Assembly (NCBI GenBank): GCA_965197645.1
Contig: OZ240219.1
Span: 1,024,001-1,088,000, forward strand
Direction of reading: 5' to 3'
Length of the DNA stretch: 64,000 bases
Source: Dehalococcoidia bacterium
GTDB lineage: Bacteria; Chloroflexota; Dehalococcoidia; Plut-88900
Shown: positions 9,676-18,762 of the stretch, piece by piece
Layout: the number at the start of each line of letters is the position of its first letter
Position numbering within the stretch: the stretch's first letter is position 1
Position numbers and translations under genes: made by a program
Notes under the pieces: generated by a model
What the model saw: the letters and a program-made list of their open reading frames with translations, nothing else
What the model was told of the DNA's origin: nothing
Database searches by the model: none

Positions 9676-10233
9676 TTAGCCGGACGCCGGAGTAACTCCC
9701 TGCAGGTTGTCATGGAAGCCGTAGATGAGCCCGGTGACTCCCATGGCATAGACCTCGTTGCCCTCCACCTCCAGCATGATCTGGGGCAGACTCTGGGTGG
9801 CCTGGCCGAGAATCATGATCCCGTTCTTCGACAGATCAAACCGGCTGTAGTGGAAGGGGCATGGTCCCAGCATCTTGAAATCGTGTCGATAGGTGGTCTG
9901 CATGGGGCTTCCCAGGTGCGGACAAAAGTAGCTGAAGGCGACCACGTCCCCGCTTGGGCCCACACCATCGTTGGCCGCGGTCCCGAGCTTTACAACGAAG
10001 TTCCGTTGCTCTTGACCCGGATACCGGAATTCCAAGGGCTCGCCCTCGATCAGGTCGGAGAGCTTGGCGACGCTGCTCCGAGGGTAGGAGCGGGTGATGC
10101 GGGCGGCGTTCGGTCCCGCCGCCGCCACCTTTTCGATTCCCTTGGGGAAGGCGTAGATGCCAACCGCGGCCGTACCCGCCACTGCGGCCGATGCAGTCAA
10201 GAACCGTCTACGGGAAATCTTGCTTTGGCGCAT
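9676..10233 (-). CDS. Rieske [2Fe-2S] small subunit (AioB/IdrB-like) with Tat signal
   Basis: SRRRFL Tat motif; CPHLG...CPFHYSRFD; GQATQSLPQIML; GLIYG; ATG 10233 preferred to TTG 10248. Confidence 0.9.
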   Translation of the reverse strand: MRQSKISRRRFLTASAAVAGTAAVGIYAFPKGIEKVAAAGPNAARITRSYPRSSVAKLSDLIEGEPLEFRYPGQEQRNFVVKLGTAANDGVGPSGDVVAFSYFCPHLGSPMQTTYRHDFKMLGPCPFHYSRFDLSKNGIMILGQATQSLPQIMLEVEGNEVYAMGVTGLIYGFHDNLQGVTPASG

Positions 10234-10266
10234 GAGAGTCCTATCCAAACATCAGAATTTGAAACC

Positions 10267-11043
10267 TCAGACCAGTGAGTGCCCACCATCGACGACGATG
10301 GTGTGGCCGGTCACCATAGACGAAAGATCGCTGGCTAGGTAGGCCACGGCGCCGGCCATGTCCTTGGCCTCCATCATCTTGCCCATCGGGATCCCATAGT
10401 CCTCCTCGGACCAGGTCTTCTCCTCCGGATCGAAGGTCGAGGACATCTGGGTCTTGGTGGGGCCGGGGGCGATGGCGTTAACCCGGATGTTGTACTCGGC
10501 CCACTCGACGGCCAGCGCCCGGGTCAGGTTGACCACTCCTCCCTTGCTGGCCGAATAGGCGGCTGAGTTCCCATGAGGAAGCACGACGAAGGCCAGCTGG
10601 GATGCCGTGTTGATGATGCTGCCTCCACCGGCCTTGACCATCTCTCGACCGGCGGCCTGACAGCCGAAGAAGACGCCCTTCAGGTTGACGTCCAGCACCT
10701 CGTCCCACGTATCCGGAGAGAGCTCCAGGGCGGTCCCAGGGAGCAGAACGCCGGCGTTGTTGACCATGACATCCAGCTTGCCCTGCTCCTGTACTACCCG
10801 GGATACCGCCTCCGATATCGAGGCCGGTTCTCGCACGTCCCCTTCGAGGAACTGCGCCGTCCCACCGGCGTAGACGATGGACGTGACGAGGCCGGCGGCA
10901 TCCCCATTCGTATCGGGGAGATCGAAGATGGTCACCTTTGCACCGCAGGAGGCTAGGCCGCGTGCAATAGCTTCGCCGATGCCCCGGCTGCCGCCGGTCA
11001 CCATCGCTACCCGTCCGCTCAGATCTATCTCCATGCCCGTCAT
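10267..11043 (-). CDS. SDR family NAD(P)-dependent oxidoreductase
   Basis: TGGSRGIG, NNAG, YSASK, VNAIAPG. Confidence 0.92.
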   Translation of the reverse strand: MTGMEIDLSGRVAMVTGGSRGIGEAIARGLASCGAKVTIFDLPDTNGDAAGLVTSIVYAGGTAQFLEGDVREPASISEAVSRVVQEQGKLDVMVNNAGVLLPGTALELSPDTWDEVLDVNLKGVFFGCQAAGREMVKAGGGSIINTASQLAFVVLPHGNSAAYSASKGGVVNLTRALAVEWAEYNIRVNAIAPGPTKTQMSSTFDPEEKTWSEEDYGIPMGKMMEAKDMAGAVAYLASDLSSMVTGHTIVVDGGHSLV

Positions 11044-11168
11044 ATGGCGTAGACCCCCTAAGTAATTGATGAGGAAATGCTATCACAGTTCAAGCCCCAG
11101 GGTGGTCAAGAACGGCGCTGGGCGCGATAATTCAGGTTCAGTCGGTACGTGGGCCAAGGAGGTAAGAG

Positions 11169-12296
11169 ATGGCAGAAGAGCTGATCGTATCTTCGGATTC
11201 GCACGTGTTCGAACCGCCCGATCTGTGGACCAACAGGATTGATCCCAAGTTCCGGGGCCGTGAGCCTCGCATGAAGCGGGTGGGAGAGGTGGACCACCTG
11301 GTGATCGAAGACGACCAGACCATCAGCGGAATAGGCCTGATATCCAACGCCGGGGCCAGGTTCGATGCACCGGAGACGATCTCTGACCACGGCAAGTTCG
11401 ATGACGTGCTTGTCGGGGGTTACGAACCGGAGGAGCACATCCGGGACATGAAGATAGACGGGGTATCGGGCGAGGTGCTGTACCCGTCTCAAGGCCTCTT
11501 CTACTTCGGCATCGAGGACTCCGACCTCACCTCGGCGGTGTTCCGGACCTACAACGACTGGCTGTCCGAGTTCTGCAGCACCAATCCGCAGCGTCTGAAA
11601 GGCATAGCGATGATCAACTTGGACGATGTCCAGGAGGGCATCGCCGAGCTGGAGCGGGCCGCGGGCCTGGGCCTGGTGGGGGCGATGATCTGCGAGTATC
11701 CCGCTGAAGAGCGACGCTACTACAGCCCCGAGTACGAGCCTTTCTGGGCCGCCGCAGAGCAGCTTCGGATGCCGCTGAGCCTACACACGGCGACGAAACG
11801 GTATCAGAGCAACTTTGCAACCGGGGCGATAAGCGATGCCACCGGGCGGGCCAACAAGGTGTTCTGGCCTTCGGCATCAATGTGCGACATGATCTTTTCC
11901 GGCGTGTTCGAAAGATACCCGGGCCTGAACATCGTAATCGTCGAGTTCGAGATCGCCTGGGCGGCACATCTGCTCGGCACCATGGACTACACCTACCACG
12001 AGCGCCACGAGGAAGCCACCTACCGATACAGGGACGGCAAGATGCCCTCCGATTTCTTCCGCGAAAACGTTTTCATCAGCTTCCAGGAGGACGGCATCGG
12101 AATCCGCCTGAGGGACGTGATAGGGGTTGACTGCATGATGTGGGGTTCCGACTATCCCCACTCGGAAGCGACCTTTCCCAGGTCCCGGGAGATCATCAAC
12201 GAAATCCTGGAGGGCGTAGCCAAGGACGATAGGGCGAAAATCATCGGCGGCAACGTGGCCAGGCTCTACAACATGGATATCGATATCCTGAACTGA
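11169..12296 (+). CDS. Amidohydrolase family protein (amidohydro_2 type)
   Basis: SSDSHVFEPPDLW, YNDWLSEFCS, LSLH, WGSDYPH. Confidence 0.9.
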   Translation: MAEELIVSSDSHVFEPPDLWTNRIDPKFRGREPRMKRVGEVDHLVIEDDQTISGIGLISNAGARFDAPETISDHGKFDDVLVGGYEPEEHIRDMKIDGVSGEVLYPSQGLFYFGIEDSDLTSAVFRTYNDWLSEFCSTNPQRLKGIAMINLDDVQEGIAELERAAGLGLVGAMICEYPAEERRYYSPEYEPFWAAAEQLRMPLSLHTATKRYQSNFATGAISDATGRANKVFWPSASMCDMIFSGVFERYPGLNIVIVEFEIAWAAHLLGTMDYTYHERHEEATYRYRDGKMPSDFFRENVFISFQEDGIGIRLRDVIGVDCMMWGSDYPHSEATFPRSREIINEILEGVAKDDRAKIIGGNVARLYNMDIDILN

Positions 12297-12312
12297 GACC
12301 GAGGAGGACCAC

Positions 12313-13878
12313 ATGTACAGCCCGATCAGATTTCCCGACGAGGTGGAGACCCTGGTTCGTTTCATCGAGGAGACGGACGCGGACCGGATAATCGGCGAGA
12401 CCGTGGAGAAGCTTCGCGGCGGCGTTTCGGCCAGGGAGATGCTAAGGGCCGCCGCTCTGGCCGTGGTGCGCAGCACCGAGCTGCCCGCCGTTCATCACGG
12501 TGGTGCAGTCCATCCCATATGCGGCCTCCACGGCTGCTACGGCACTTCCCAGCGACTTCGCGGCGAGATGGCCTTCCTGCCTATAGTGCAGCACGTGGCG
12601 TTGTGCAATCACCACATCCAGTCCCGCCACATGGGGCCCTATATCATGCCTGAACTGGAGCCGATGGACGGCTCGGTGGACAGGCCCTACGAGATCTACA
12701 AGGACCGGGAGTCCAGCATAGTGCACCTGGGCGGCAAATCCGACAACGGCAGCAACGGCGATGCTCTCGAGATGACCAAGACGGCCTTCTTGAACAATAT
12801 CCAGTCCCACAGGCCGGTGGCCGCCGAGCAGCTGTACCTGTGGCTGGCGGAGCGCCAGTCCCCGGGCGAGGTCATGGATCTGCTGTTGCCCGGCTTCATT
12901 ACCAGAAACTACCGGGACGATCACAATATCCTGTATCCAGTGTTCACGGCTCGAGCGCTGGATGACATAGGTTGGGAGTGGGCGCCGGTGCTGATGCGGC
13001 CCATCGTTCGCTACCAGGCTAGGAGCGGAGGCGATCTGTCCGACGGATCGACTTCCGGGTTCCAGGCCGTCGAGGACGTGGTGGAGGAGTTCGGCCTGCT
13101 GGATATGGACATCCCCTTCCACACGACGGAGGATGAGACCGAGACGGTCCGGGACCTTGGCGAAGCCATCGGGTCCAACCGCACTTTCTTCGACAACATA
13201 GAGATGATGGGTCGGGCGTTGGCGGAAGGTCTATCGCTGGAGGGCACCGGCGAGGCCCTCTCCGTCGGCACCTCGATGATCTTCTCCAGCACCAACTACG
13301 GCAACCCCATGGACTCTCACCCCCATACTGGCGTGAACACCCGCCGCTACATCGTCCAGATGGAGGGAGTCAGCGTTAAGAACAAGCTGCTGGCCCTTCT
13401 CACCGGGCTAACCGGGCCCGAGTGCACCATCAGCGAGCGCAAGATGGTTTGGCCGCCGCGCACCGATCCGGAGGTCCTGGCCGGGTTGCCCCATCGCAGC
13501 CAGGGCGATCTGCTGGCCGCCGTCGTCGAGACCGTGGAGAACCAGCCACCGGCCGACTGGAGGAACACCTCCGAGCTGGACAGTGTGGTAGCGCCCGACG
13601 AGGTGCAGCACACCAAGGCGCTGGCCGAGCAGTACATCGACTCCGGCTACGAACCCTCGGAGCTGATCGTACGGTTGGGCGAGCTGATCTGCCGGGACGA
13701 CTTCACCGAGCTTCACGCGGTCAAGCAGCACCAGGCCATCATCGACGAGTACAACACTACCCGGGAATCGCTGAGATCGATACACCTGGTGGCGGCAGCC
13801 AAGTCGGCGGCCGTGGTGCACGCGGGCAGGGAGCAGCGGGTGTACACCGAGTTCCTCCAACAGTCCAAAGTAGCCTAG
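12313..13878 (+). CDS. Hypothetical helical protein with four spaced His motifs (putative metalloenzyme)
   Basis: 521-aa ORF with GAGG RBS, 16 bp after the amidohydrolase; motifs GGAVHP, DDHNILY, MDSHPHT, TELHAVK. Confidence 0.7.
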   Translation: MYSPIRFPDEVETLVRFIEETDADRIIGETVEKLRGGVSAREMLRAAALAVVRSTELPAVHHGGAVHPICGLHGCYGTSQRLRGEMAFLPIVQHVALCNHHIQSRHMGPYIMPELEPMDGSVDRPYEIYKDRESSIVHLGGKSDNGSNGDALEMTKTAFLNNIQSHRPVAAEQLYLWLAERQSPGEVMDLLLPGFITRNYRDDHNILYPVFTARALDDIGWEWAPVLMRPIVRYQARSGGDLSDGSTSGFQAVEDVVEEFGLLDMDIPFHTTEDETETVRDLGEAIGSNRTFFDNIEMMGRALAEGLSLEGTGEALSVGTSMIFSSTNYGNPMDSHPHTGVNTRRYIVQMEGVSVKNKLLALLTGLTGPECTISERKMVWPPRTDPEVLAGLPHRSQGDLLAAVVETVENQPPADWRNTSELDSVVAPDEVQHTKALAEQYIDSGYEPSELIVRLGELICRDDFTELHAVKQHQAIIDEYNTTRESLRSIHLVAAAKSAAVVHAGREQRVYTEFLQQSKVA

Positions 13879-13992
13879 CCGGGGGTGGAGCCCACCTCGT
13901 TTGTGGTCTCCGGCAGGCTGACGAAATATGGGGAGTGTGGAGTACCCTTGCCGGGCGACAGCGGTGTCCCTCACACGGGCAAAGCCTAGCCA

Positions 13993-14580
13993 GTGAAGAT
14001 CGATGGTTATGGCATCGAGCCGCTGACCACCGATAGGTGGGCGGACCTGGAAACCGTGCTGGGCCCGAGCGGACATGGCGGCTGCTGGTGCACCTACTGG
14101 GTTCATCCCAACACCGTCGTCTGGGGAGAGGGCGCCAAGGGCGGCAAGAACGGTGCCAACAAGGGGCTCTTTCAGCGGATCGTAGACCAGGGGCCTCCGC
14201 CCGGCCTCCTCGCCTACCATGAAGGCACGCCGGCAGGCTGGTGCAGGATCATGCCGCGGGCGAGCCAGCCTGGTCTCGCCAATATCCGCTTCTTCAAGAT
14301 GGGCCTGGCAATCGAGGGTGTCTGGTCCATCCCGTGCTTCGTGGTGCGCCCCAAGTATCGTGGGCGAGGTCTTACGAGTGTATTGATCAAGGCGGCAATG
14401 CGATACGCCCGTTCCCAGGGCGCCCGGTCCATCGAGGCCTATCCATGGGATACCAACGAGAGAAAGGGCGCCGGGACCATTTTCACCGGTGTAGCTTCCA
14501 CGTTTCATCGTCTCGGGTTCGAGGTGGTGCAGCGAAAAGTGGCCCACAGACCGATGATGAGATTGGAACTGGACACGTAG
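13993..14580 (+). CDS. GNAT family N-acetyltransferase
   Basis: GCWC N-terminus, WSIPCFVVRPKYRGRGL, IEAYP, F..LGF. Confidence 0.85.
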   Translation: MKIDGYGIEPLTTDRWADLETVLGPSGHGGCWCTYWVHPNTVVWGEGAKGGKNGANKGLFQRIVDQGPPPGLLAYHEGTPAGWCRIMPRASQPGLANIRFFKMGLAIEGVWSIPCFVVRPKYRGRGLTSVLIKAAMRYARSQGARSIEAYPWDTNERKGAGTIFTGVASTFHRLGFEVVQRKVAHRPMMRLELDT

Positions 14581-14646
14581 GCCTCTCTCGAACGTCGGCC
14601 ATATCTGCTATCATCTTCCAACCTGACTACACCCGCGGAGGAGACC

Positions 14647-16104
14647 ATGGTAACTGTACAGATGGACTTGTTCTCGTCGGCTACGGACATGCTGACGGCA
14701 TTGGAACAGCGCAAGATATCCTCGGTGGAGCTGCTGGAGCTGCACCTGGAGCGCATCGAGAAGTACAACCCCAAGCTGAACGCGATCGTGATTCCCAACT
14801 ACGAAAACGCCCGCAAGGTCGCAGCGGCAGCTGACGATGCCCGCTCCAAGGGCGAAACCGGTCCCTTCCTGGGGCTACCCCTGACCATCAAGGACTGCAT
14901 CGACGTCAATGGATTGGCCGCTACCGGGGGCCTGAAGGAGTTCGCCGAGCGCATCGCAGACTCCGACTCCAGGCTCGCCGGACGGGTGCTGGGGGCGGGG
15001 GGCGTGCTGATGGGCAAGACGAACGTGCCGCCCGGTGCGGCGGACTGGCAATCGGCCAACCCGATATTCGGTCGGACCAACAACCCGTGGGACCTGTCGA
15101 AGTCGCCGGGAGGCAGCACGGGGGGCGGTTCGGCAGCCCTGGCTGCGGGGCTGACCCCTCTGGAGTTCGGCAGCGACGTTGGTGGCTCGATAAGGATTCC
15201 CGCCGCCTTCTGCGGCGTCTTCGGCCACAAGCCCAGCGAGACCGCTCTTCCCAAGAGCGGACACTTCCCCGGATCGGCCCTGCCCAACCTGTTCAACGTG
15301 ATGTCGGTACAGGGACCGCTGGCCCGCACCGCAGGGGACCTGATGCTGGCGATGGACGTGGTAATCGGCCCCGACGTGGGCGAAGACACGGCTTGGCGAC
15401 TGGAGCTTCCCCCTGCCCGGCATGAGCGACTGGCCGATTTCAGGGTGGCTATCCTCCCGCTAATCGACTGGCTTCCCGTCGATGCCGAGATATCGGAATC
15501 GCTGGAGGAGCTGGTCGGCAGCCTGCGCAAGGTGGGAGCGAAGGTCCAGGAGGCCCAGCCCGAAGCCTTGGAAAACATGCGCCGTCACCACGAGCTCTAC
15601 TCCTCCATCCTGTCCGCCGCAAGCGCCCTTGGCATGTCGGAAGGCGACCGGAAGCGCAGGGCCGAGAAGATGCGTAAGGGTGAGGACCCCTTCGGCGATG
15701 CGTTAGCAAAGGGTCTCGAGGCCAGCGCCTCGGACTACAACCTGTGGTTGCAGGACCGGGAACACGTGCGAAAGTCCTATAGAGAGTTCTTCCAAGATTG
15801 GGACATTCTCCTTGCTCCCAACGACATAACGGTAGCCTTCCCTCATACGGAGGAGCCATGGCCCAAGCGCCGGCTCAATATCAACGGAGAGCCGGTCTTC
15901 TATGGCCTACAGACGGTGTATCCCGCAACGGCTACACTGAGCGGCCAGCCCTCGACGTCCTTTCCCACCAGGTTGACCAGAGCCGGATTGCCCATCGGGA
16001 TGCAGGCCGTGGGGCCTTACCTGGAAGACCGAACGCCGATACGGTTCGCCGGCCTGGTAGAGCAGGAGTTTGGGGGATTCCAACCGCCCCCAGGGTATGA
16101 GTAG
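14647..16104 (+). CDS. Amidase signature family enzyme
   Basis: GLPLTIKD, GKTNVP, PGGSTGG, GSDVGGSIRIPA. Confidence 0.92.
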   Translation: MVTVQMDLFSSATDMLTALEQRKISSVELLELHLERIEKYNPKLNAIVIPNYENARKVAAAADDARSKGETGPFLGLPLTIKDCIDVNGLAATGGLKEFAERIADSDSRLAGRVLGAGGVLMGKTNVPPGAADWQSANPIFGRTNNPWDLSKSPGGSTGGGSAALAAGLTPLEFGSDVGGSIRIPAAFCGVFGHKPSETALPKSGHFPGSALPNLFNVMSVQGPLARTAGDLMLAMDVVIGPDVGEDTAWRLELPPARHERLADFRVAILPLIDWLPVDAEISESLEELVGSLRKVGAKVQEAQPEALENMRRHHELYSSILSAASALGMSEGDRKRRAEKMRKGEDPFGDALAKGLEASASDYNLWLQDREHVRKSYREFFQDWDILLAPNDITVAFPHTEEPWPKRRLNINGEPVFYGLQTVYPATATLSGQPSTSFPTRLTRAGLPIGMQAVGPYLEDRTPIRFAGLVEQEFGGFQPPPGYE

Positions 16105-16111
16105 GGGTGGT

Positions 16112-16249
16112 ATGGGTAGTCAGACCAGGGGAGAGAAACGGGAACAACGGCGCCGTAACAGGCGCAAGATGAAGGTATCGGGCCGCAGCCTCAAGCAGCT
16201 TCTTCAGCACATAGGCCGGAAAGCGAAGAGGATCAGGGAAGTAGGGTAG
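16112..16249 (+). CDS. Small basic protein (45 aa)
   Basis: MGSQTRGEKREQRRRNRRKMKVSGRSLKQLLQHIGRKAKRIREVG; GGGGTGG upstream; fills the gap between amidase and PIG-L genes; below ORF-track cutoff. Confidence 0.6.
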   Translation: MGSQTRGEKREQRRRNRRKMKVSGRSLKQLLQHIGRKAKRIREVG

Positions 16250-16262
16250 CCGGCTACATCTG

Positions 16263-16979
16263 CTATCCGAACTGGAAGGACTTGAAGGCCTCGGCGTACT
16301 CGACGCCGTTTGATTCGCCCGTCTCGCCGCGCCAGCGACGCATGCTTTTCTCAGCATCCTCGGGGTCAACCTGGCTCTCGTGCTGCTTCAGGGCATGTAT
16401 CGCCGTGCTCAGGGAGTCGGTCACGTCGATCCACTTGTCCGCCGCCTGGTGCCGGCTGGGTATCAGCAGCTCTCTCACCTTGTGGGGCTCCAGCCCCTCC
16501 TCCTCGATCAGCTCGGGAAAGGTGTGGCGGTCTCGGGAGGCGGGATAGACGGCCGAGAGAGTAGCTTCGCCCGCGGCGATGTGGTCCGGGTGGCCGATGT
16601 AGCCAGAGCCCTCCAGGTATCGAACGGGCTGGGGAGCTATGAGCACGTCGGGCTGATGCTTTCTTATCTGCCGGACGATGTCCTTCCTCAGTTCCAGTGT
16701 AGGTTCGAGCATGGCGTCCTCGTAGTCCAGGAACACCACCTCTTTAACTCCCAGCACCTTGCAGGCGTTGCGCTGCTCCCCTTTTCGCATCTTCGTCAGC
16801 TGCTGCGGCGAGATGTTGGGGTCGTCGGTGCCCTTGCTGCCGTCGGTGCAGATGACATAGACCATCTCCATACCGTCTTTGCACCATTTGGCTACGGTGC
16901 CCGAGCAACCCCACTCGGCGTCGTCGGGGTGGGCCACTACCACCATGCCTTTTCTGTGGCTGTTCTCCTGTTCAGTCAT
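16263..16979 (-). CDS. PIG-L/LmbE family deacetylase
   Basis: AHPDDAE, TDGSKG, GHPDH, HESQ, AEAF. Confidence 0.92.
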   Translation of the reverse strand: MTEQENSHRKGMVVVAHPDDAEWGCSGTVAKWCKDGMEMVYVICTDGSKGTDDPNISPQQLTKMRKGEQRNACKVLGVKEVVFLDYEDAMLEPTLELRKDIVRQIRKHQPDVLIAPQPVRYLEGSGYIGHPDHIAAGEATLSAVYPASRDRHTFPELIEEEGLEPHKVRELLIPSRHQAADKWIDVTDSLSTAIHALKQHESQVDPEDAEKSMRRWRGETGESNGVEYAEAFKSFQFG

Positions 16980-17052
16980 GCTACTCCCACTTCAATAATG
17001 AGCGACCCGAAGTCAGGTCGCTGTAATATAAGATTTTCGCTTGGTATCGAGC

Positions 17053-18249
17053 TTACCACCACAGGGAAGGGGCGTTGGTGAGAAGCTCGGCGCCGTCCGG
17101 CCCGACCAGTATGTTCTGCTCGTAGCCGGCCAGGCCGACACCCGCCCTGGACAAGAAGGCTTCGATGCCGAAGGTCATCCCCTCCTGGAACGTGTCGTCC
17201 TGCTCCAGGCCGATCCGCAGGGACGGCCGCTCCCAGAAGAGGCCGATGCCGTGGCCGAAGAGGGGAAACATGTCGGCGACCTGGTTCTCCTCGCTGCCCG
17301 CCTGCTCGGTCAGCCGCTCGCCAAGCTTCACTACCTCATCGACTCGAGCGCCGGGCTTTATTGCGTTGATGATGCCGTCGACGATACCGTTGCACTTCTC
17401 GATCAGGTCTCGCTGCTCGGGGGTGCCCTTGCCGCCGGCGACGGCGGTGCGGCCCGGGTCCAGCCAGTACCCCTGGTAGATGGGCCCGTAGACCCAGCCC
17501 CGGACCATCTCTCCCGGCTGGGCCGCATCCTGGCTGAAACCCGATATCGGAGAGCGGGTGAAGTACTGAATCGAGTCGCCGTGGGACACGGGGATCATGT
17601 GGAACCGGCCGCCGGACCTGACCACCTCGTGCGCGGCGTCTGCGGCGGCCTCCGCCTCGGTCTTGCCCTGTATCAGGCCCTCCATCAGCCGGTTGATAGC
17701 CCGGCTTGCAGTCTCGCCCGCCTGCCGATAGAGATCGATCTCCGGCTGGCTCTTCACCCTGCGGGCCACCTGGACCGCGTCGTCCTCGGGTACCCATTCG
17801 ATGGCCGGGGTCGCCTCCTCGAGCTGACGGGCGTACTTCACGGGGAAGAAATCGGACCCGACCATTGCCACCTTCCCCTCGACGCCCAGCCGCTTCATGG
17901 CGTCGGCCACACCCTTGATGGGGTCGGCGCCGTCGCCGTAGACGTCGTCGGTGGAGAGCTGGGCCAGCTCATAGGAGGGCATGTCCATGTGCAGCTCCGG
18001 CTCCCGGTTCCGGTGCAGGACCACGCCGGCGTGGGCCTTGGCGTTCTGATGGCCGTCAACATCCAATGACTGGCCCGACTGGTTGGAGTAGTAGTTGGTG
18101 AGGTAGAGCACGTCTCCGCAGCGTTCGTAACCGCCGGCAGAGCGGCCCCATACCACGGTGGTCTCGTAGCCCCTTCGTTCCATTTCGTCGTATACCGCCT
18201 GCCAGCGTCTAGCGTACTCGTCCTGGGGAAAGTAGGTCTTCTTCGCCAT
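17053..18249 (-). CDS. M24 family (Xaa-Pro peptidase/creatinase-like) protein
   Basis: Creatinase-like N-terminus, RRVKSQPEI, GYWLDPGRT, GHGIGL, YEQNILV. Confidence 0.85.
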   Translation of the reverse strand: MAKKTYFPQDEYARRWQAVYDEMERRGYETTVVWGRSAGGYERCGDVLYLTNYYSNQSGQSLDVDGHQNAKAHAGVVLHRNREPELHMDMPSYELAQLSTDDVYGDGADPIKGVADAMKRLGVEGKVAMVGSDFFPVKYARQLEEATPAIEWVPEDDAVQVARRVKSQPEIDLYRQAGETASRAINRLMEGLIQGKTEAEAAADAAHEVVRSGGRFHMIPVSHGDSIQYFTRSPISGFSQDAAQPGEMVRGWVYGPIYQGYWLDPGRTAVAGGKGTPEQRDLIEKCNGIVDGIINAIKPGARVDEVVKLGERLTEQAGSEENQVADMFPLFGHGIGLFWERPSLRIGLEQDDTFQEGMTFGIEAFLSRAGVGLAGYEQNILVGPDGAELLTNAPSLWW

Positions 18250-18365
18250 GGGCTTGCCTCCTGTTGATGCGGGTCAATTATACTTGGTTTCCAGCTTGCC
18301 TTGCCCATCGATTAGGCCTATTTTATATCCATAGCGGTCAACCGGTCAGCGGAAGGAGGAGAGAG

Positions 18366-18725
18366 ATGAATCTGGACCACACCATAGTGCCCTCCAAGGA
18401 TAAGGTGGCAGCGGCCAAGTGGTTCGCCAGGGTCTTCGGTAGGAACTACGACGGCGCCGACGGCCACTTCGCCCCGGTAACGGTGGACGATGCCCTGACC
18501 CTGGACTTCGACAACTCGGACAGCTTCGAGAGTCACCATTACGCCTTCCTGGTAAGCGAAGGGGAGTTCGACGACATCTTCGGGCGAGTGAAGGAAGAGG
18601 GCCTTGCCTACGGCGCCGAGCCCTATGAGCATCAGAACATGCAGATCAACCACCGGCTGGGTGGACGAGGGGTCTACTTCGCGGACCCGGACGGCCACCT
18701 GCTGGAGCTGATGACCCGGAAGTAA
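18366..18725 (+). CDS. VOC family (glyoxalase/bleomycin resistance) protein
   Basis: MNLDHTIV, HYAFLVSE, GRGVYFADPDGHLLELMT; GGAGG RBS before ATG 18366. Confidence 0.9.
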   Translation: MNLDHTIVPSKDKVAAAKWFARVFGRNYDGADGHFAPVTVDDALTLDFDNSDSFESHHYAFLVSEGEFDDIFGRVKEEGLAYGAEPYEHQNMQINHRLGGRGVYFADPDGHLLELMTRK

Positions 18726-18762
18726 GGGCGCACGCCGGGGGTCTAGGAGAGACAGCCCTGGG

